64,000 nucleotides of DNA from Actinomycetota bacterium. GTDB lineage: Bacteria; Actinomycetota; CADDZG01; WHSQ01. The notes beneath the pieces were generated by a model. It made no database searches. It had not been told where the DNA came from and saw only the letters and a program-made list of their open reading frames with translations. The position numbers were made by a program, and so were the translations under genes. Below are positions 48,689-59,126 of this stretch, piece after piece. The stretch's first letter is position 1, and every line of letters starts with the position of its first letter. Location of the stretch: assembly GCA_050693895.1 (NCBI GenBank), contig JBOGWS010000021.1, positions 24,902-88,901 on the forward strand, written 5' to 3'.

Positions 48689-49509
48689 AAGGTCACCGCG
48701 GCTGCGAGCCTGTCGTGCTGCTCGAGCTCGGCGACCGCAGGAAGCATCACCAGGTGATCGCAACCGGCTTCCGCGTACCCGCGTACGAATTGGACGATGC
48801 TCTGCGGAGTCGTTAACAGACCCTCGGTGATCTTGGCCGCGAAGGGTCCCGTGAAGGCATAGTAGTCCCGCATGTACGAACGTCCGCGCTCGATCGTCGC
48901 GTCGTCACCGAGCGTGAAGTAAGCCTGTGCCCACAGCTTCGGCCTGCCCGGTCGGCCGGCTTCAATCCAAGCGGTCATCGCGCGGTCCGCGGCACGATGA
49001 AACGAGCGTGGCGGTCCGCCTCCATGGACGTACCCGTCCGCGTATCGCGCCGCTCGCGCAAGTGAAATGTCACTCCCGCCCCCGACCAGAAGATCGGGGC
49101 CCGGCTTCAACTCCTCGAAGCTGTCGCGGAGGTCCGCAAGCTGATCCTCGAGGCGACGCCCCCGGCCCTTGTGACGCTCGCCGAGAGCGTCGTAGTCGTC
49201 GGTGCGCGCTCCAACCGCAAGTCCAAGGGTCAGCCTGCCCCGAGACATTCGCTGGATGGTGGCTGCCTCGTGGGCGAGGGTCGGCGTCCTTCTGAGGGGT
49301 GCGATCACCACCATCGTCACCAGCTCGATCCGCTTCGTGGTCGCCGCAACCGCGGCCAGCAGGGCAATCGGCTCGTGGCTGTCGTGGCGCATCCGGTCCA
49401 CGACGCCGAGGCTGGCAAACGAACCTTCCTCCGCTCGCCGGGCCCATTCGAGCAGCAGGCGCGCATCGGTTCTCGGAACCGAGTTCGGGAGTCCTATCCC
49501 AACGCGCAA
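48685..49509 (-). CDS. LLM-class (luciferase-like) flavin/F420-dependent oxidoreductase
   Basis: MRVGIGLPNSVP...LLEWARRAEEGSFASLGVVDR...TKRIELVTMVVIAPLR is typical of LLM F420-dependent enzymes. Confidence 0.75.
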   Translation of the reverse strand: MRVGIGLPNSVPRTDARLLLEWARRAEEGSFASLGVVDRMRHDSHEPIALLAAVAATTKRIELVTMVVIAPLRRTPTLAHEAATIQRMSRGRLTLGLAVGARTDDYDALGERHKGRGRRLEDQLADLRDSFEELKPGPDLLVGGGSDISLARAARYADGYVHGGGPPRSFHRAADRAMTAWIEAGRPGRPKLWAQAYFTLGDDATIERGRSYMRDYYAFTGPFAAKITEGLLTTPQSIVQFVRGYAEAGCDHLVMLPAVAELEQHDRLAAAVTL

Positions 49510-49575
49510 GTCCTATTCCTCCTGTACGTGCGTGCCTGCCTGGAGCCAAAACCTACGTCAAGTACGCTCAGTGAC

Positions 49576-50052
49576 GTGAGCGAACACAAGGCACCCGCAT
49601 CGATCCGCATACAGCGACGTATCGAGTGGAGCGACACCGACGCTTCTGGTCACTGGCACAACACGGCGGCCTTCCGAATGATCGAATGGGCCGAAACCGC
49701 CCTCTTCGATCGTCTCGGGTTCCTCGACGACGTCTACGGATACCTGCCGCGCGTTCACATCTCGATCGACTTCAAGGAATTGCTCGACCACCGTGACCTG
49801 GTCGACGTGACCCTGGCGATCGTCGACGTGGGCCGGACCTCGATCACCTACGATTTCTCGATCGAACGAGACGGCCTGGAGTGCGCCAGGGCGAAGGTAG
49901 TGACCGCACTCCGAACATCCGACGGCGCGAGCCGTGACTGGCCCGATGAGTACAGGCGACTTCTCGTCACCGCCGGGCCCCAGGCATCAGAGTTGCTGGT
50001 TGTACCAGAACGGCCGGCGGCCGAGAAACCCCTAAGGAGGGTCCGAACATGA
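49576..50052 (+). CDS. acyl-CoA thioesterase (4HBT/YbgC hot-dog fold)
   Basis: IRIQRRIEWSDTDASGHWHNTAAFRMIEWAE fits the 4HBT catalytic-Asp region. GTG at 49576. The upstream part of track ORF 49171..50052 is antisense to the LLM gene. Confidence 0.7.
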   Translation: MSEHKAPASIRIQRRIEWSDTDASGHWHNTAAFRMIEWAETALFDRLGFLDDVYGYLPRVHISIDFKELLDHRDLVDVTLAIVDVGRTSITYDFSIERDGLECARAKVVTALRTSDGASRDWPDEYRRLLVTAGPQASELLVVPERPAAEKPLRRVRT

Positions 50053-51221
50053 GCGTCGACCCCGTCGATTTCCTGGGCATCGACCGGCTCCTCACAGACG
50101 AGGAGCGAATGATTCGCGACACCGCTCGCAAGTTCGTGCGTGACAGAATCCTGCCGGGCATCGAGAAATGGTTCGAGGCCGGCGAGTTCCCACTCGAGAT
50201 AGCACCGGAGATCGGCGAGCTCGGCCTGCTCGGCATGCACCTCGACGGCTACGGGTGTGCGGGCACGAACGCGACCAGCTACGGACTTGCTTGCCTCGAA
50301 CTCGAGGCCGGGGACAGCGGCTTCAGGAGCTTCGTTTCGGTTCAGGGCTCTCTTGTCATGTTCCCGATCCACGCCTACGGGTCCGAGGAGCAGAAACTAC
50401 AATGGCTCCCGCTGATGGCGGCGGGCGAGGCGATCGGCTGCTTCGGTCTCACGGAACCCGACCGCGGAAGCGACCCCGCCAACATGCGGACCTCCGCAAA
50501 ACGAGATGGTGACGACTGGGTCCTCAACGGGACCAAGATGTGGATCACGAACGGGGGCATCGCCGACGTCGCGGTCGTGTGGGCACAGAGCGACGAGGGC
50601 GTCCGCGGTTTCCTCGTTCCCAAGGGCACGAAGGGTTTCACGACCCGCGACATCCACCGCAAGCTGAGTCTGAGAGCCAGCGTGACCAGCGAGCTGATCT
50701 TCGACGACGCTCGGCTACCGGGCGACGCGATCCTGCCCGGCGTTCAGGGGATGAAGGGGCCTCTCTCGTGCCTCAGCGAAGCCCGCTTCGGCATCATCTT
50801 CGGGGCCATGGGCGCGGCCAGAGCCTGCTACGAATGCGCTCTCGAGTACTCGAAGACGCGCGAGCAGTTCGGGCAGCCCATCGGAGCCTTTCAGCTGACC
50901 CAGGAGAAGCTGGTCAACATGCTGCTCGAGCTCAACAAGGGTTCGCTTCTCGCTCTCCATCTCGGACGGCTGAAGGACGAGGGGAGGATATCGCCGCAGC
51001 ACGTCAGCTTCGGGAAGCTCAACAACGTGCGCGAGGCTATTGCGATCGCGCGCGAGGCGCGCACGATCCTCGGTGCCAACGGCATCACGCTCGAGTATCC
51101 GGTAATCAGGCACGCGAACAACCTCGAGAGCGTGCTCACCTACGAGGGGACGAGCGAGATCCACACGCTCATCCTGGGCCAGACCATCACGGGACTTCCC
51201 GCGTTCGGAGGCAACGCTTGA
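50049..51221 (+). CDS. acyl-CoA dehydrogenase, glutaryl-CoA dehydrogenase-like
   Basis: LLTDEERMIRDTARKFVRD...FGLTEPDRGSDPANM...YEGTSEIHTLILG. ATGA overlap with the thioesterase stop. Confidence 0.8.
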   Translation: MSVDPVDFLGIDRLLTDEERMIRDTARKFVRDRILPGIEKWFEAGEFPLEIAPEIGELGLLGMHLDGYGCAGTNATSYGLACLELEAGDSGFRSFVSVQGSLVMFPIHAYGSEEQKLQWLPLMAAGEAIGCFGLTEPDRGSDPANMRTSAKRDGDDWVLNGTKMWITNGGIADVAVVWAQSDEGVRGFLVPKGTKGFTTRDIHRKLSLRASVTSELIFDDARLPGDAILPGVQGMKGPLSCLSEARFGIIFGAMGAARACYECALEYSKTREQFGQPIGAFQLTQEKLVNMLLELNKGSLLALHLGRLKDEGRISPQHVSFGKLNNVREAIAIAREARTILGANGITLEYPVIRHANNLESVLTYEGTSEIHTLILGQTITGLPAFGGNA

Positions 51222-52048
51222 GCCCGTTCCGGGCGTCGGCGCCCTTCACCGAGACCTGGAAGCACTTCGATTTCTCTCTCGACAAAGCCGGCGTCGCAAC
51301 CGTCACTTTCACGCGTCCGGACAAACTCAACGCGCTTACGTTTGACAGCTACGCCGATCTCAGGGATCTGCTCGCCGAACTCCCGAACCGCGACGACGTG
51401 AAGGTCCTCGTCATCACAGGCACCGGGCGTGGCTTCTGCTCGGGTGGTGACGTCAACGAGATCATCGGAGCCCTGCTCGAGATGGACTCGCGCTCCCTGC
51501 TGGAATTCACGCGCATGACCGGTCAGGTCGTGCAGCGGATGAGAGAGCTGCCGATGCCGATCGTTGCGGCAATCAACGGCATCGCCGCGGGTGCGGGTTC
51601 GGTCATTGCACTGGCCGCCGATCTGCGCGTTCTCGCTCGCTCGGCCTCGTACTCGTTCCTGTTCACCAAGGTGGGCCTCGCGGGGGCGGACATGGGCTCC
51701 GCCTACCTTCTACCGCGACTCGTGGGTCTCGGTCGGGCGACCGAGCTGCTGTTGCTCGGCGACAGGGTCGACTCCGAGCAGGCCGAGCGAATCGGGATCG
51801 CGAATCGGGTCGTAGAGGACGCCGACCTGCCGGCGGCGACGGGCGAGCTGGCTCAGCGTTTGGCGAGCGGCCCGACCTTCGCCTACGGAGCGACGAAGAT
51901 GCTTCTGACCCGGGAGCTCGACATGGATCTCGGCGGCTCGCTCGAGCTGGAGGCCATTACGCAGGCACTGCTGATGACGGCAGAGGACCACAAGGAGTTC
52001 TACGCCGCGTTTAAGGAGGGCCGGAACCCGGTATGGACGGGTCGATAG
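51218..52048 (+). CDS. enoyl-CoA hydratase/isomerase family protein
   Basis: VATVTFTRPDKLNALT, FCSGGDV and AAINGIAAGAGSVIALAADLRV (oxyanion-hole motifs). TTG at 51218 in a TTGA overlap. The rest of track ORF 50540..52048 is out of frame with the upstream gene. Confidence 0.8.
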   Translation: MSPFRASAPFTETWKHFDFSLDKAGVATVTFTRPDKLNALTFDSYADLRDLLAELPNRDDVKVLVITGTGRGFCSGGDVNEIIGALLEMDSRSLLEFTRMTGQVVQRMRELPMPIVAAINGIAAGAGSVIALAADLRVLARSASYSFLFTKVGLAGADMGSAYLLPRLVGLGRATELLLLGDRVDSEQAERIGIANRVVEDADLPAATGELAQRLASGPTFAYGATKMLLTRELDMDLGGSLELEAITQALLMTAEDHKEFYAAFKEGRNPVWTGR

Positions 52049-52079
52049 GCGGATCGCCCCCACACCTTCAAAGGACACC

Positions 52080-52529
52080 ATGACCTCCGCACACAAGCTC
52101 ATAAATCCATCGACGCTCGCTCCCCCTCTGGGGTTCAGTCACGCCGCCGTCGCAGCGGAGGGCAAGACGATCTACCTCGGGGGCCAGACGGCCCACGGAC
52201 CGACCGGAATCCTGCAGGGAAGCGACATCATCGAGCAGTTCGATGCCGCCGCGGCAAACGTCGTGACGGCGTTGAACTCGGTAGGCGGAGAGCCGGAGGA
52301 CCTCGTCTCGATGCAGATCTTCGTGACTGATGTCGACGCATACAGGGGGGCCACGCACGAGCTGCGCGACGTCTACCGCAAGCATTTCGGCCGCCACTAC
52401 CCCGCTCTGGCCCTCTTCGAGGTCGTCGGCCTCTACGACCCCGAGGCTTACGTCGAACTCATGTGCATCGCAGTGATCCCGAGCACGAAACCCGACTACG
52501 AACCGCTGCCCCTAAACGGCAACGCCTGA
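52080..52529 (+). CDS. RidA/YjgF family protein
   Basis: About 150 aa. GFSHAAVAAEGKTIYLGGQTA...MQIFVTD...PALALFEVVGL pattern of RidA-like enamine/imine deaminases. Confidence 0.75.
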   Translation: MTSAHKLINPSTLAPPLGFSHAAVAAEGKTIYLGGQTAHGPTGILQGSDIIEQFDAAAANVVTALNSVGGEPEDLVSMQIFVTDVDAYRGATHELRDVYRKHFGRHYPALALFEVVGLYDPEAYVELMCIAVIPSTKPDYEPLPLNGNA

Positions 52530-52583
52530 TCCAAGCTTCTGGACCCTGAGGTATCGCCCGACGTACCGCTACGGGTCACAGAG

Positions 52584-53729
52584 TTAGCGGTAGAGCTCTC
52601 GGGTGATGATCTCGCGTTGGATCTCGCTCGTGCCCTCGTAGATGCGCGTCGCCCGCACCTCCCGGTAGAGCTCCTCGAGAAGGTGTCCGCGTTCCAGCGC
52701 CTTCGCTCCATGGATCTGGATCGCCGCGTCGATCACCTTCTGTGCCATCTCGGTGGCGAAGAGCTTCGCCATGGCCGAGTGCTTTGTGACTCGTTCGCCC
52801 GAGTCGTAGCGCGAGGCGGCCGAGTAGACCAACAGGCGAGCTGCCTCGATCCGTGTCGCCATGTCTGCGAGTTGCTGGCTAATAGCCTGGAACCGTCGCA
52901 ACTCCTGCCCGAACGCTTCACGCTGGCGTGCGTGCTCCAGTGCGGCGTCGAGCGCCGCCTGACCCATCCCCACCGCGAAGGCCCCAACACTCGGGCGGAA
53001 GAGATCGAGCGTGCGCATCGCCACCTTGAACCCATCACCCACTCCGCCGAGCATCGACTCGGGCCCGACGAGAACTCCATCGAAGGTCAGAGTCCCGATG
53101 GGATGAGGAGCAACGAGTTCCAAGTGCTCGCCTCCCAGTCCCGGAGCGTCCCCAGCGACCACGAACCCGGTGACTCCCGCGGAGCCCGGCCCATCCGATG
53201 TTCGGGCAAACACCGAGTAGACGTCTGCCACCGGAGCGTTCGAGATCCACTTTTTCTCTCCGGTGAGCCGCCACCGGTCTCCGTCCGGCTCGGCCTTGAG
53301 GGAAAGCGCGGCGGCATCGCTTCCGGCACCGGGCTCGGTCAACGCGAAAGCCGCGACCGCCCGTCCCTGAGCGATCTCGGGGATCCACCCAGCGGCCGTC
53401 TCGCGTGACCCGGATTGCACGATTGGGTACGCACCCAGCCCTTGGAGAGCGAGCGCGGTCTCGGCCTCGGTACACCTCTGAGCGAGTCCTTCGCGCAGGA
53501 CGCACAGCTCGAGCGCGCTGACGTCGCCGTCCTGAGAGCCCCCCAGAGATGTTGGGAACAGACGAGGCAGCAGTTCGTGTTCTGCCAGAGAGCCGAGCAA
53601 CTTGCGGTTCACGTCCCCGGGAGCGCCCGCGTCGGCGATGGGCTGAAGCTCAGATCCTGCGACCTCGCGGGCGCGCTCTAGCAGTTCCCTTGAGGCGGCC
53701 GGCAGCTCGAAGCGATTGCTCATCGGCAC
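52584..53729 (-). CDS. acyl-CoA dehydrogenase
   Basis: FALTEPGAGSDAAAL, KKWISNA and IYEGTSEIQREIITREL motifs. Confidence 0.85.
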   Translation of the reverse strand: MPMSNRFELPAASRELLERAREVAGSELQPIADAGAPGDVNRKLLGSLAEHELLPRLFPTSLGGSQDGDVSALELCVLREGLAQRCTEAETALALQGLGAYPIVQSGSRETAAGWIPEIAQGRAVAAFALTEPGAGSDAAALSLKAEPDGDRWRLTGEKKWISNAPVADVYSVFARTSDGPGSAGVTGFVVAGDAPGLGGEHLELVAPHPIGTLTFDGVLVGPESMLGGVGDGFKVAMRTLDLFRPSVGAFAVGMGQAALDAALEHARQREAFGQELRRFQAISQQLADMATRIEAARLLVYSAASRYDSGERVTKHSAMAKLFATEMAQKVIDAAIQIHGAKALERGHLLEELYREVRATRIYEGTSEIQREIITRELYR

Positions 53730-53825
53730 ACATTACGTCCGACTCCCGAGCCTCAACTGCCGCTCCTCCCGCCGACGTACTACCCTGAACCGGTCGAGCC
53801 GATGATCCTCCAAAGGGGTGGGGCC

Positions 53826-55184
53826 ATGCCGGATTCACCGTTCTGGAACAAGCGTCACGAAACGATGCCTCGCGACCGGCTCGACGCGCTGCAGGTCAAC
53901 AAGCTGCAGAATCTCGTCGAGTGGGCGACGGAACGGGTCCCCTACCACGCGAAGCGCCTCGGTGACGCGGGCGTCACGCCGGATTCCATTCAATCGCTCG
54001 ATGATCTCCGGCGGATCCCCTTCATGACCCGCGAGGAATGGATGCGTTCGCAGGTCGAGCATCCCCCTTTCGGCCCCATCCTCGCCGCGCCCGAGAGCGC
54101 CGCCATTCGGTACCACATGACCTCCGGCACGACCGGTCGCACTCCGATCCGCGTGCTCGACTCCATGAGGGACTGGGAGTGGATCGCCGAGATGTGGTGC
54201 TACGGCTTCTGGGGGTTCGGTGTCCGCCCCTCGGACACCGTTTTCTTTGCCTTCAGTTACGGAACGTTCGTCGGTTTCTGGGGGGCGCACTACGCGTGCG
54301 AGAAGATCGGCTGCCTCGTTCTTCCCGGCGGAAACATGACCACCGAGGCCCGCGTCAAGCAGATCGTCGACATGAAGGCGACGGTGGTTTGCTCGACGCC
54401 GACCTACGCCCTGCGAATGGCGCAGGAGGCGCACAACCTCGGAATCGATCTCGCGAAGAGTCCCGTCAAGCGTCTGGTCCTCTCCGGTGAGCCCGCCGGT
54501 TCGATCCCGGCGACAAAGAAGCTCATCGAGGACCAATGGGGAGCCGTCGCGGGTGACACCGCGGGCATGACCGAGCTCGGAACCATCATGGTGTTCGAGT
54601 GCTCCGAACAGCCCGGCGGCACTCACATCATCGAGCCCCATTACATCGAGGAGGTCGTCGACCCCGTCTCCGGTGAACCGCTCGGCTACGGTGAACAGGG
54701 CGAGCGAGTCGTGACCTCGTTTGGGCGAGGCTTCATCCCCGTACTCCGTTACCGCACGCGCGACCTCGTCGTAAAGATCCCTGCCGACCGCTGCTCGTGT
54801 GGACGCACCCTCGACATCTACGAGGGCGGAATCGTCGGGAGAGTCGACGACATGAAACTAGTGCGCGGGACGAACGTCTACCCGCGCGCTGTCGAGGCGA
54901 TCGTTCGGGAGTTCACCGAAGTGGACGAGTTCCAGATTCATCTCTATACCGCCGAAGGCATCCGCGACGAGATCGAGGTGCTCGTCGAGATCCCCGATTC
55001 GAGCGCCGACGCCGACACGATTCTGAAGAAGATCGGCACGGAGCTATCTGAGGCTCACGAGGGATTGCGCTTCGGCGTGAAGCGGGCCGAGAACGACTCT
55101 TTGCCCCGCTTCGAGTTGAAGGCCAAGCGTCTGAACGACGAGCGCGAAGTGGTCGGTGGTGCCGGCGAAAGAAAGAAGGCTTAG
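53826..55184 (+). CDS. phenylacetate-CoA ligase family protein (PaaK/F390-synthetase-like adenylating enzyme)
   Basis: FWNKRHETMPRDRLDALQ..KL N-terminus, MTSGTTGRTP P-loop and LVRGTNVYP motif. ATG at 53826. Confidence 0.8.
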   Translation: MPDSPFWNKRHETMPRDRLDALQVNKLQNLVEWATERVPYHAKRLGDAGVTPDSIQSLDDLRRIPFMTREEWMRSQVEHPPFGPILAAPESAAIRYHMTSGTTGRTPIRVLDSMRDWEWIAEMWCYGFWGFGVRPSDTVFFAFSYGTFVGFWGAHYACEKIGCLVLPGGNMTTEARVKQIVDMKATVVCSTPTYALRMAQEAHNLGIDLAKSPVKRLVLSGEPAGSIPATKKLIEDQWGAVAGDTAGMTELGTIMVFECSEQPGGTHIIEPHYIEEVVDPVSGEPLGYGEQGERVVTSFGRGFIPVLRYRTRDLVVKIPADRCSCGRTLDIYEGGIVGRVDDMKLVRGTNVYPRAVEAIVREFTEVDEFQIHLYTAEGIRDEIEVLVEIPDSSADADTILKKIGTELSEAHEGLRFGVKRAENDSLPRFELKAKRLNDEREVVGGAGERKKA

Positions 55185-55400
55185 ATGCCCAAGACGTCGA
55201 TAGTCCCGCCGACAGGACTAAACGAGGCCGAACTGGCACTGGTCGAGGCCTACAACACTCTGGTCAAGACGCTCGACGAGTCGGCCGACGACCTCGAGCC
55301 GTTCGAGCGACGCAACGCGCTGAAGGCGGTCGCAGCACTGTGGCAGGTCATGAACGGCCTCGATCTCGATCCCGGCCATCTCTACGACATCGACGCATGA
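55185..55400 (+). CDS. small acidic hypothetical protein, tightly coupled between the CoA ligase and the DinB-like gene
   Basis: 71-aa ORF starting on the nucleotide after the ligase stop and ending in an ATGA overlap with the next gene. No motif recognised. Confidence 0.5.
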   Translation: MPKTSIVPPTGLNEAELALVEAYNTLVKTLDESADDLEPFERRNALKAVAALWQVMNGLDLDPGHLYDIDA

Positions 55401-56122
55401 CCCTCTCGCACGAACGGTATCTCGAGGCCATCGAGAGAGAATCGGCCGCCCTGGCCGAGGCGGCGCGCGGAAATCTCGACGCGCGCGTGCCGTCCTGTCC
55501 CGAATGGTCGATGAGGAACCTGGTCGGTCACATCGGCCGGGTGCAGCGATTCTGGGGCGAGATGGCCGAGCGCGCCCTCCAAGATCCGGCCGACGCTCAT
55601 AATCACGACCCGCCGGAAGGTGTCGACCTGGTCCAGTGGTTCGAGGAGTCGACGATGACCCTGCTGCACACCCTCGACGGCGCCGATCTCGACCGCCCGA
55701 TGTGGTCGTGGTCGCCGATAAAGAGCGTGTCATTCGTCCCGCGCCGTATGGCCCAGGAGACCGCGATGCACCGCTGGGACGCAGAGAACGCGGCCGGCGA
55801 TCCGGCCGACATCGCTGATGACCTTGCGGTCGATGGGATCGACGAGCTGTTGTTCGTATTCCTTCTGGCGGAGGCCCCCTTTAAGGAGGCTCCGGGATCG
55901 AGCGTCCACATCCACACCACCAACTCAGCCGGTGAGTGGTTGGTGATACTCGACGAGGAGCCGGTCGTGACCAGAGAGCACGCGAAGGGCGACGTGGCGC
56001 TACGGGGGCCATCGTCGGACCTTCTTCTGCATCTATGGGGACGCATCGAGCCTTCATCGTTGGAGATCCACGGCGACCCCGCGGCGCTCGATCGATTTCG
56101 CTCGGTCCTAGACCTCGAGTGA
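55397..56122 (+). CDS. maleylpyruvate isomerase family, mycothiol-dependent enzyme (DinB-like fold)
   Basis: [20 protein letters not shown] and [10 protein letters not shown] are the conserved His/Asp metal-site regions of TIGR03083-type proteins. Confidence 0.75.
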   Translation: MTLSHERYLEAIERESAALAEAARGNLDARVPSCPEWSMRNLVGHIGRVQRFWGEMAERALQDPADAHNHDPPEGVDLVQWFEESTMTLLHTLDGADLDRPMWSWSPIKSVSFVPRRMAQETAMHRWDAENAAGDPADIADDLAVDGIDELLFVFLLAEAPFKEAPGSSVHIHTTNSAGEWLVILDEEPVVTREHAKGDVALRGPSSDLLLHLWGRIEPSSLEIHGDPAALDRFRSVLDLE

Positions 56123-56127
56123 CCTCC

Positions 56128-57756
56128 GTGTCATCCCCCACCGACCTTCCAGCATGGCGTGAACTAGAGAGTCACTTCGGACATCTGAAGGAGGTTCACC
56201 TTCGTTCCCTCTTCGCCGAGGACCCAACGCGGCCCGAGGTTATGTGCGTGGAGGGCGAGGGGATTCTTCTCGACTACTCCAAGAACCGGATGACCGCAGA
56301 GACCATGGCGCTTCTCCTGCGCCTTGCAGAAGAAGCCGGCTTGAGGAAGCGCATCGAGGCGATGTTCGCGGGCGAACGAATCAACACCACAGAGGACCGG
56401 CCCGTTCTTCACGCCGCTCTGAGGGCCCCACGAGATGCAGTCATCGAGGTCGACGGAGACAACGTCGTGCCCCGGGTGCACGAGGTGCTCGATCGGATGG
56501 CGTCGTTCAGCGACAGGGTGCGCGCCGGCGAGTGGAAGGGCCATACCGATCGGCCGATGCGCAACGTCGTCAACATCGGCATCGGTGGATCCGATCTCGG
56601 CCCTGTGATGGCGTACGAAGCCTTGCGCCATTACAGCGAGCGCTCGTTGAACTTTCGGTTCGTCTCGAACATCGACGGGACCGATTTCGCAGAGTCGACT
56701 CACGACATCGACCCTGCCGAGACGCTGTTCATCGTCTCGTCGAAGTCGTTCACGACTCTCGAGACGCTGACCAACGCGCGGACCGCCCGCAGATGGTTGG
56801 TCGACGGGCTCGGAGGTGACGAGGCCGCCGTTGCGAAACACTTCGTTGCCATCTCGACGAACGAGAAGCTAGTCGCCGAATTCGGGATCGACACAGACAA
56901 CATGTTCGGATTCTGGGACTGGGTCGGCGGCCGCTACTCGGTCGACTCGGCAATCGGACTTTCGCTGATGATCGCTATCGGGCCCGGACGTTTCCGCGAA
57001 TTCCTCGACGGCCTTCATGCGATCGACGAGCACTTTCGGTCGGCCCCCTTCGAGTCCAACCTTCCCGTCATTCTGGGGCTGATCGGGATCTGGTACGACA
57101 ACTTCTTCGACTCCGAGAGCGTCGCGATACTCCCCTACGACCAGTATCTCCATCGCTTCCCGGCCTACCTCCAGCAACTCGACATGGAGAGCAACGGCAA
57201 GTCTGTGGACCTGACCGGGCGACGTGTCCGGTGGCAGACCGGACCAATCGTGTGGGGCGAGCCGGGAACGAACGGCCAGCATGCCTTCTACCAGTTGCTT
57301 CACCAGGGCACCAGGCTCGTCCCGGCCGACTTCATCGGCTTCTGCCGGAGCCTCAACCCGATCGACAAGCACCACGACCTGCTGATGGCGAATCTCTTCG
57401 CCCAGACCGAGGCGCTCGCGTTCGGACGAACGGAGGATGAGGCGCGCGCCGAAGACGGCGACGAGAGCCAGATCCCTCATCGCACCTTCGAGGGAAACCG
57501 ACCGACGAACACGATCCTGCTCGACGAGCTGTCACCCTACGCACTCGGCTCGCTCATCGCCCTGTACGAGCACAAGGTCTTCACGCAGGGCGCGATCTGG
57601 AACGTCAATTCGTTCGACCAGTGGGGAGTCGAGCTCGGCAAGGTTCTCGCTCAGCGCATCGCATCCGAGCTGGCGGACGAAGACGCCTCGGGCCTCGACC
57701 ACGACGGCTCGACGAACGAACTGATCCGTCACTACAAGGCCCGAAGGAGGGCCTGA
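56128..57756 (+). CDS. pgi: glucose-6-phosphate isomerase
   Basis: [24 protein letters not shown] and [15 protein letters not shown] motifs. GTG at 56128. Confidence 0.9.
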   Translation: MSSPTDLPAWRELESHFGHLKEVHLRSLFAEDPTRPEVMCVEGEGILLDYSKNRMTAETMALLLRLAEEAGLRKRIEAMFAGERINTTEDRPVLHAALRAPRDAVIEVDGDNVVPRVHEVLDRMASFSDRVRAGEWKGHTDRPMRNVVNIGIGGSDLGPVMAYEALRHYSERSLNFRFVSNIDGTDFAESTHDIDPAETLFIVSSKSFTTLETLTNARTARRWLVDGLGGDEAAVAKHFVAISTNEKLVAEFGIDTDNMFGFWDWVGGRYSVDSAIGLSLMIAIGPGRFREFLDGLHAIDEHFRSAPFESNLPVILGLIGIWYDNFFDSESVAILPYDQYLHRFPAYLQQLDMESNGKSVDLTGRRVRWQTGPIVWGEPGTNGQHAFYQLLHQGTRLVPADFIGFCRSLNPIDKHHDLLMANLFAQTEALAFGRTEDEARAEDGDESQIPHRTFEGNRPTNTILLDELSPYALGSLIALYEHKVFTQGAIWNVNSFDQWGVELGKVLAQRIASELADEDASGLDHDGSTNELIRHYKARRRA

Positions 57757-57759
57757 AAA

Positions 57760-58533
57760 TCAGGTTGGGACCAAAGCGAGGGCCCGGGCGGGGCTGCCGG
57801 AGCCGTCCACGATCTTCAGCGGCGCGGCAATCAACAGGGCCCCCGTCGGCGGCAGCTGCGCCAGGTTGGCGAGTTGAGTGAGGCCGAACTTTCCCGCACC
57901 GTGCATGTAGTGATGGCAGGGGAAGGCCGGGTCGAAGCTGTGAGCGATGCCGGCGTCGGTGCCCACGGTTTCGACGCCGAGGCCCACGAACGGAGACTCC
58001 TGTGCCAGCCAGCGCGCGCACTCGACGTTGGGGCCGGGGGTATGCGGGCCGGTCTCGTTGGCGTTGAGAAACGACCCTTGGTCCGAGGCCCGGGCATCCC
58101 AACCGGTTCGCAGCAGCAACCACCCGCCCTGGGGGAAGGGACCGTGCTCGGCCTCGAAGTACTTCAGGTGGTCCACGGTCAGCAGGAAGTCTGGGTCTGC
58201 CGACGCCTCCGCGCTCTTGTCGATGACAATTGCAGGGCCGACCAGCCTCGCCGCATCGATGGAGGAGAGGTCTTCCTTGTCCCTTCCGGTGACCCAGTGG
58301 ATCGGCGCGTCGAAGTGGGTCCCGACGTGCTCACCCATCTCCATCCGGTTCCAGTACCAGCCCGGCCCCCGGTCGTCGTAACGGCTCAGCTCCTCCATCC
58401 TGAACCCGGGCGTGTTCACGAAGGGCTCGGGCAGTTGGATGATCGGAGTCGATTCGGACAGCGGCTGGGTCAGGTCAACGACGCGCACCGACCCCGAAAC
58501 GAGCGACTCGACAAGACCATCCAGAGCGGCCAT
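57760..58533 (-). CDS. cyclase family protein (kynurenine/aryl-formamidase-like)
   Basis: HVGTHFDAPIHW matches the HxGTHxDxPxH cyclase motif. ATG at 58533. The upstream part of track ORF 57760..59172 is out of frame with the TPP genes. Confidence 0.8.
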   Translation of the reverse strand: MAALDGLVESLVSGSVRVVDLTQPLSESTPIIQLPEPFVNTPGFRMEELSRYDDRGPGWYWNRMEMGEHVGTHFDAPIHWVTGRDKEDLSSIDAARLVGPAIVIDKSAEASADPDFLLTVDHLKYFEAEHGPFPQGGWLLLRTGWDARASDQGSFLNANETGPHTPGPNVECARWLAQESPFVGLGVETVGTDAGIAHSFDPAFPCHHYMHGAGKFGLTQLANLAQLPPTGALLIAAPLKIVDGSGSPARALALVPT

Positions 58534-58544
58534 CGTTTTCCTCC

Positions 58545-59126
58545 CTAGGTTCCTTCCGCGCGCAGAGCGCGCGCGAACTCGAAGCGGTTCTCGAGCAACT
58601 CCAGATCCATGTGGAAACCCGCCGGTCCGATCGCCTCGACTTTCGCCACAAGACTGTGGAGTTCGGTCGACGCGACGGCGGATCGAACCGCAGCGGCGAA
58701 GTCGTCCAGCGTCGTGTAGGTCCTGGCGTTCTCTATACCGGCCCCCCGAGCGATTGCCGTCAGATCCGAGCCCGTGGACGTTGCGGTCGGAAAGCCGCCG
58801 ACGCTCAGGAGCGACTCGTTGTCGAACACGATGTGGGTGAGATTCCCGGGCGAGTACCGCGCGAGCGTCGTCAGCCCTCCCAGGTTCATCAACACGGACC
58901 CGTCGCCGTCGATCACGATTACTCGCCGCCCGGGTTGTGACAGCGCGATCCCAAGCCCGACCGACGAGGCGAGTCCCATCGCGTGCTCGAGGTAGAAGAA
59001 GTTTGCCCTGTGACCGAGCGAGTACAACTCGGCCGCAACCGCCCCCATGATCGTCACGACCGCGCAGTCGCGCAGGTCCTCGTAGATGGCCTCGAGACAC
59101 TCGATGCGCTTCAATGCTTCTCCCAC
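58545..59126 (-). CDS. TPP-dependent decarboxylase, beta subunit (sulfopyruvate/phosphonopyruvate decarboxylase-like)
   Basis: TPP-binding GDGS...N motif (VIVIDGDGSVLMNLGG...IVFDNES). 193 aa. Confidence 0.75.
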   Translation of the reverse strand: MGEALKRIECLEAIYEDLRDCAVVTIMGAVAAELYSLGHRANFFYLEHAMGLASSVGLGIALSQPGRRVIVIDGDGSVLMNLGGLTTLARYSPGNLTHIVFDNESLLSVGGFPTATSTGSDLTAIARGAGIENARTYTTLDDFAAAVRSAVASTELHSLVAKVEAIGPAGFHMDLELLENRFEFARALRAEGT

